Positions 61,812 through 64,000 of a stretch of 64,000 bases of DNA are shown piece by piece (the first letter of the stretch is position 1; each line of letters starts with the position of its first letter). Below the pieces are notes generated by a model. It was not told the DNA's origin. It saw only the letters and a program-made list of their open reading frames with translations, and searched no databases. Location: positions 382,494 to 446,493 of the forward strand of contig NMRA01000345.1 in NCBI GenBank assembly GCA_002633005.1, written 5' to 3'. Origin of the DNA: Phoronis australis (Eukaryota > Animalia > Phoronida). The position numbers and the translations under genes are program-made.

Positions 61812-63040
61812 TGTAGTGTTGAAATTCGTGTGTAGACATGTTGAGAACATACAGATTACATCACCACCTGTGATTTTGGCTAGATTTTTCTAGTTGCAAG
61901 TCAGCTAACGAACTTTACCCATTCATAGAGTGATCACTTTCACTAAAGAAGTGAAACAGAATGTGGATAAACCTGTTGGGTTGACTTGATGGCACCGACA
62001 GTGGATGAAGAAATGATTTTTGTTAATATTTAAACATGCACAACATTAAGAACGTACTAGTATTTTCGATTTTGCATTTTGAAAATTGACTCCAGGCCAT
62101 GATGCTTAGAGGTTGAGCTATTTCATTGTTATTGAAATCACTTACTGTTCGTGTGAAAAGTGCCCTCTTGAGGTGCCATTGCTAGTGCCTGGGATTCACA
62201 GTTACTGGGCTCAGCTAAAATGAAAGGGTTTGTAACCTGTAATTCACTAACTCAGTTTCAATTTGGCTTCTATATGGTGTAAAGAATTACGGAAAAGTGT
62301 CAGTTCTCTGAGATCACACAAGGCATCAACAAGAATAGGTTGAAACCAAAAGCCATCGCTTCTACTGTTATTTATAAAAGTAAATTTATAGAATAGTGTG
62401 ATGTTGTTTCTGAAGACATACACTTTGCTAAAATCAAATGATGGTATCCATCATGTTCTCACATTTCTCCAGTATTTCAGACAACTCAAGTATTGTTTCA
62501 GTGTTTTGTACATCTGCACAGTGCATATACTTTAGGTATGTATACGGTATATTTGGTAAACATGTTTGTCATGGTTGTTGCAATGACTTATTGTTAACTA
62601 ATCAATTAAACAATATACCTATGATACAGACAGTTTGTTTGCATTGCAAGTGTTTCACCATTCACATGTACTAAATTGATATTGCACATGTAGTACTTAC
62701 GAGATTCACTAGTGTCAATACCGCCAACAACACCGGCCACAGCTGTTTCCCCTATTAAATTTATAACCTATAAGAAAATGAAACATTAAAGCTTATTGAT
62801 TGACATACATTGTAATCATTCAGAACTATGTAATGCTCATTCTTATGTAAATTTAAAAGCCATTGTCCAAGGTATGCTCTTCGTATACATGTAGAAAAAA
62901 AATTGTCGCCTGATTCTTCAAGCCTTATTTGACGGTCACGTTAAACATAATTCAAATTCCTACGAAAGGCTTACCAACAAAATCGCTGTAATTAAACTAA
63001 AGTTACCATTTATGTAAACAGAAAAGACTTGAAACTTTAN

Positions 63041-63074
63041 AACCCCTGAACCCCCCCCCGTAGATCCGCTACTG
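63041..63074 (-). mobile_element. End of a CAGTAGCGGATCTA-G-run MITE inserted in the Myb exon, cut by an N
   Basis: Minus strand CAGTAGCGGATCTACGGGGGGGGGGTTCAGGGGT interrupts the reading frame; N at 63040. Confidence 0.55.
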
Positions 63075-63952
63075 TGATCCTCCAGCTCGCTTAACGACTT
63101 TGGGGGTGGCCCGCCCCCAGTCTTCCTACTCTCCCGTCTTCGTTGTGCCTCCTTTCCCTGTACTGACGACGCATAGTTCGACCATTTCTTTTTTAGTTCT
63201 TCAGCAGAACGCTGGACTTCGCCAACTGCATTTACTCTACAATTACAAGGGTGTAACAAATAAAAACTGGATTGTAATTTAGTTTAAACTGCAAAAATAA
63301 TGCATTCGACCTGTTATCCACTCACAACAGTGTGATGTCCACTATCTCACACATTGATAGAATACACAAAAATGTACCTTTGAAGTCATTGCTCAATTTC
63401 ACACAAATGTCACACATAACTTAGATGATGATTCCTTAATTACATCTATTATTTAAGATTCTATTGATTAATTTAAGGCTGTTTGTCATAAGCAAATAAA
63501 GCACGCAGATAAAACACTCCAATAATGGCCATTTTTGTGAGGCTGTGCAACCGAGTGCCTCCGCAAACTGGCACTTTGTACTAATGTGTAATAAGCTGAA
63601 GGTGATCTCATAGAGAATGAGCCATATTCAAAAATTTTTATCATCTACGAAGAAAAGAAAAAGCGGTACACTCCATTTGAAAATAGCTTGTGGTAAATGA
63701 AGTTTAATAATGTACATACTTGCATCATTTAACATTAAGATTTTTCCCATGCATATTGAAGTCCTTAATTTTTTAACTGCATCCATAAGATTTTTAGGTT
63801 CCTCAGGTGTCGGAATTAACTGCGCTATATCGTACCAGCAACACAAGGACAATCTCTGGACGAGCACACAAGTTGTTGTTACGTGATGTTTGTTTTGAAG
63901 TTCGTCTGCATGTGTGAGTGAGCGAGCGCGTGCGTGTCATCAGGGTTCATTT

Positions 63953-64000
63953 CATAGGCGGATTTAGGGGGGGGGGCCCAGGGGGCCCGGCCCCCCCCCC
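63953..64000 (+). mobile_element. Start of a CATAGGCGGATTTAG-G-run MITE, running off the window
   Basis: Terminus cataggcggatttaggggggggggcccagggggcccggcccccc resembles the element end at 63041-63074. Confidence 0.55.

Larger units (their letters stand above)
58317..63236. mobile_element. PIF/Harbinger transposon (transposase plus convergent Myb/SANT gene), internally deleted; right end not seen
   Basis: Putative left TIR GGGCCCGTTCCAAGAAACTGACTTAA at 58317; both characteristic Harbinger genes present tail-to-tail. Confidence 0.8.
60388..63236 (-). pseudogene. Harbinger Myb/SANT-like DNA-binding protein gene, multi-exon, disrupted
   Basis: Exons 63236-~63075 (VNAVGEVQRSAEELKKKWSNY..RKTGGGPPPKSLSELE), 62767-62701 (VINLIGETAVAGVVGGIDTS), 62214-62146, 60651-60592, 60412-~60388. 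Canonical splice sites and consistent phases for the last four; the first listed exon is interrupted by a MITE; the 5' exon was not found. Confidence 0.8.

Overview
AT-rich, intron-rich animal DNA, probably a marine invertebrate/lophotrochozoan (inferred from repeat and gene families, not proven). 1.6-24.7 kb (+): a Gemin5 orthologue. I reconstructed 27 frame-consistent coding exons (~1319 aa; the first exons lie upstream of the window), including two consecutive probable GC-AG introns. 27.0-28.9 kb (-): a convergent gene whose large terminal exon encodes a 621-aa low-complexity protein of unknown function. 38.0-48.9 kb (+): an uncharacterised type II membrane, glycosyltransferase-like gene with a 24-nt microexon and a +1 frameshift; it may share a bidirectional promoter (~37.8 kb) with the minus-strand gene. 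The rest is dense in transposon remains: MITEs (Harbinger-, Kolobok-, Academ-like and a 5-bp-TSD family), Helentron-associated-type tandem-repeat elements carrying arrays of CTCF-, nuclear-receptor- or YY1-like motifs, LINE, RNase H, Penelope and THAP relics, a defective PGBD3-like piggyBac, and a two-gene Harbinger transposon whose convergent genes are fused by an internal deletion. No clearly novel system is demonstrated. The best leads are a structured intronic island with an Sm-site-like motif inside Gemin5, the CTCF-motif array, and the glycosyltransferase-like gene. All homology calls come from recognising motifs by eye; no database searches were run.
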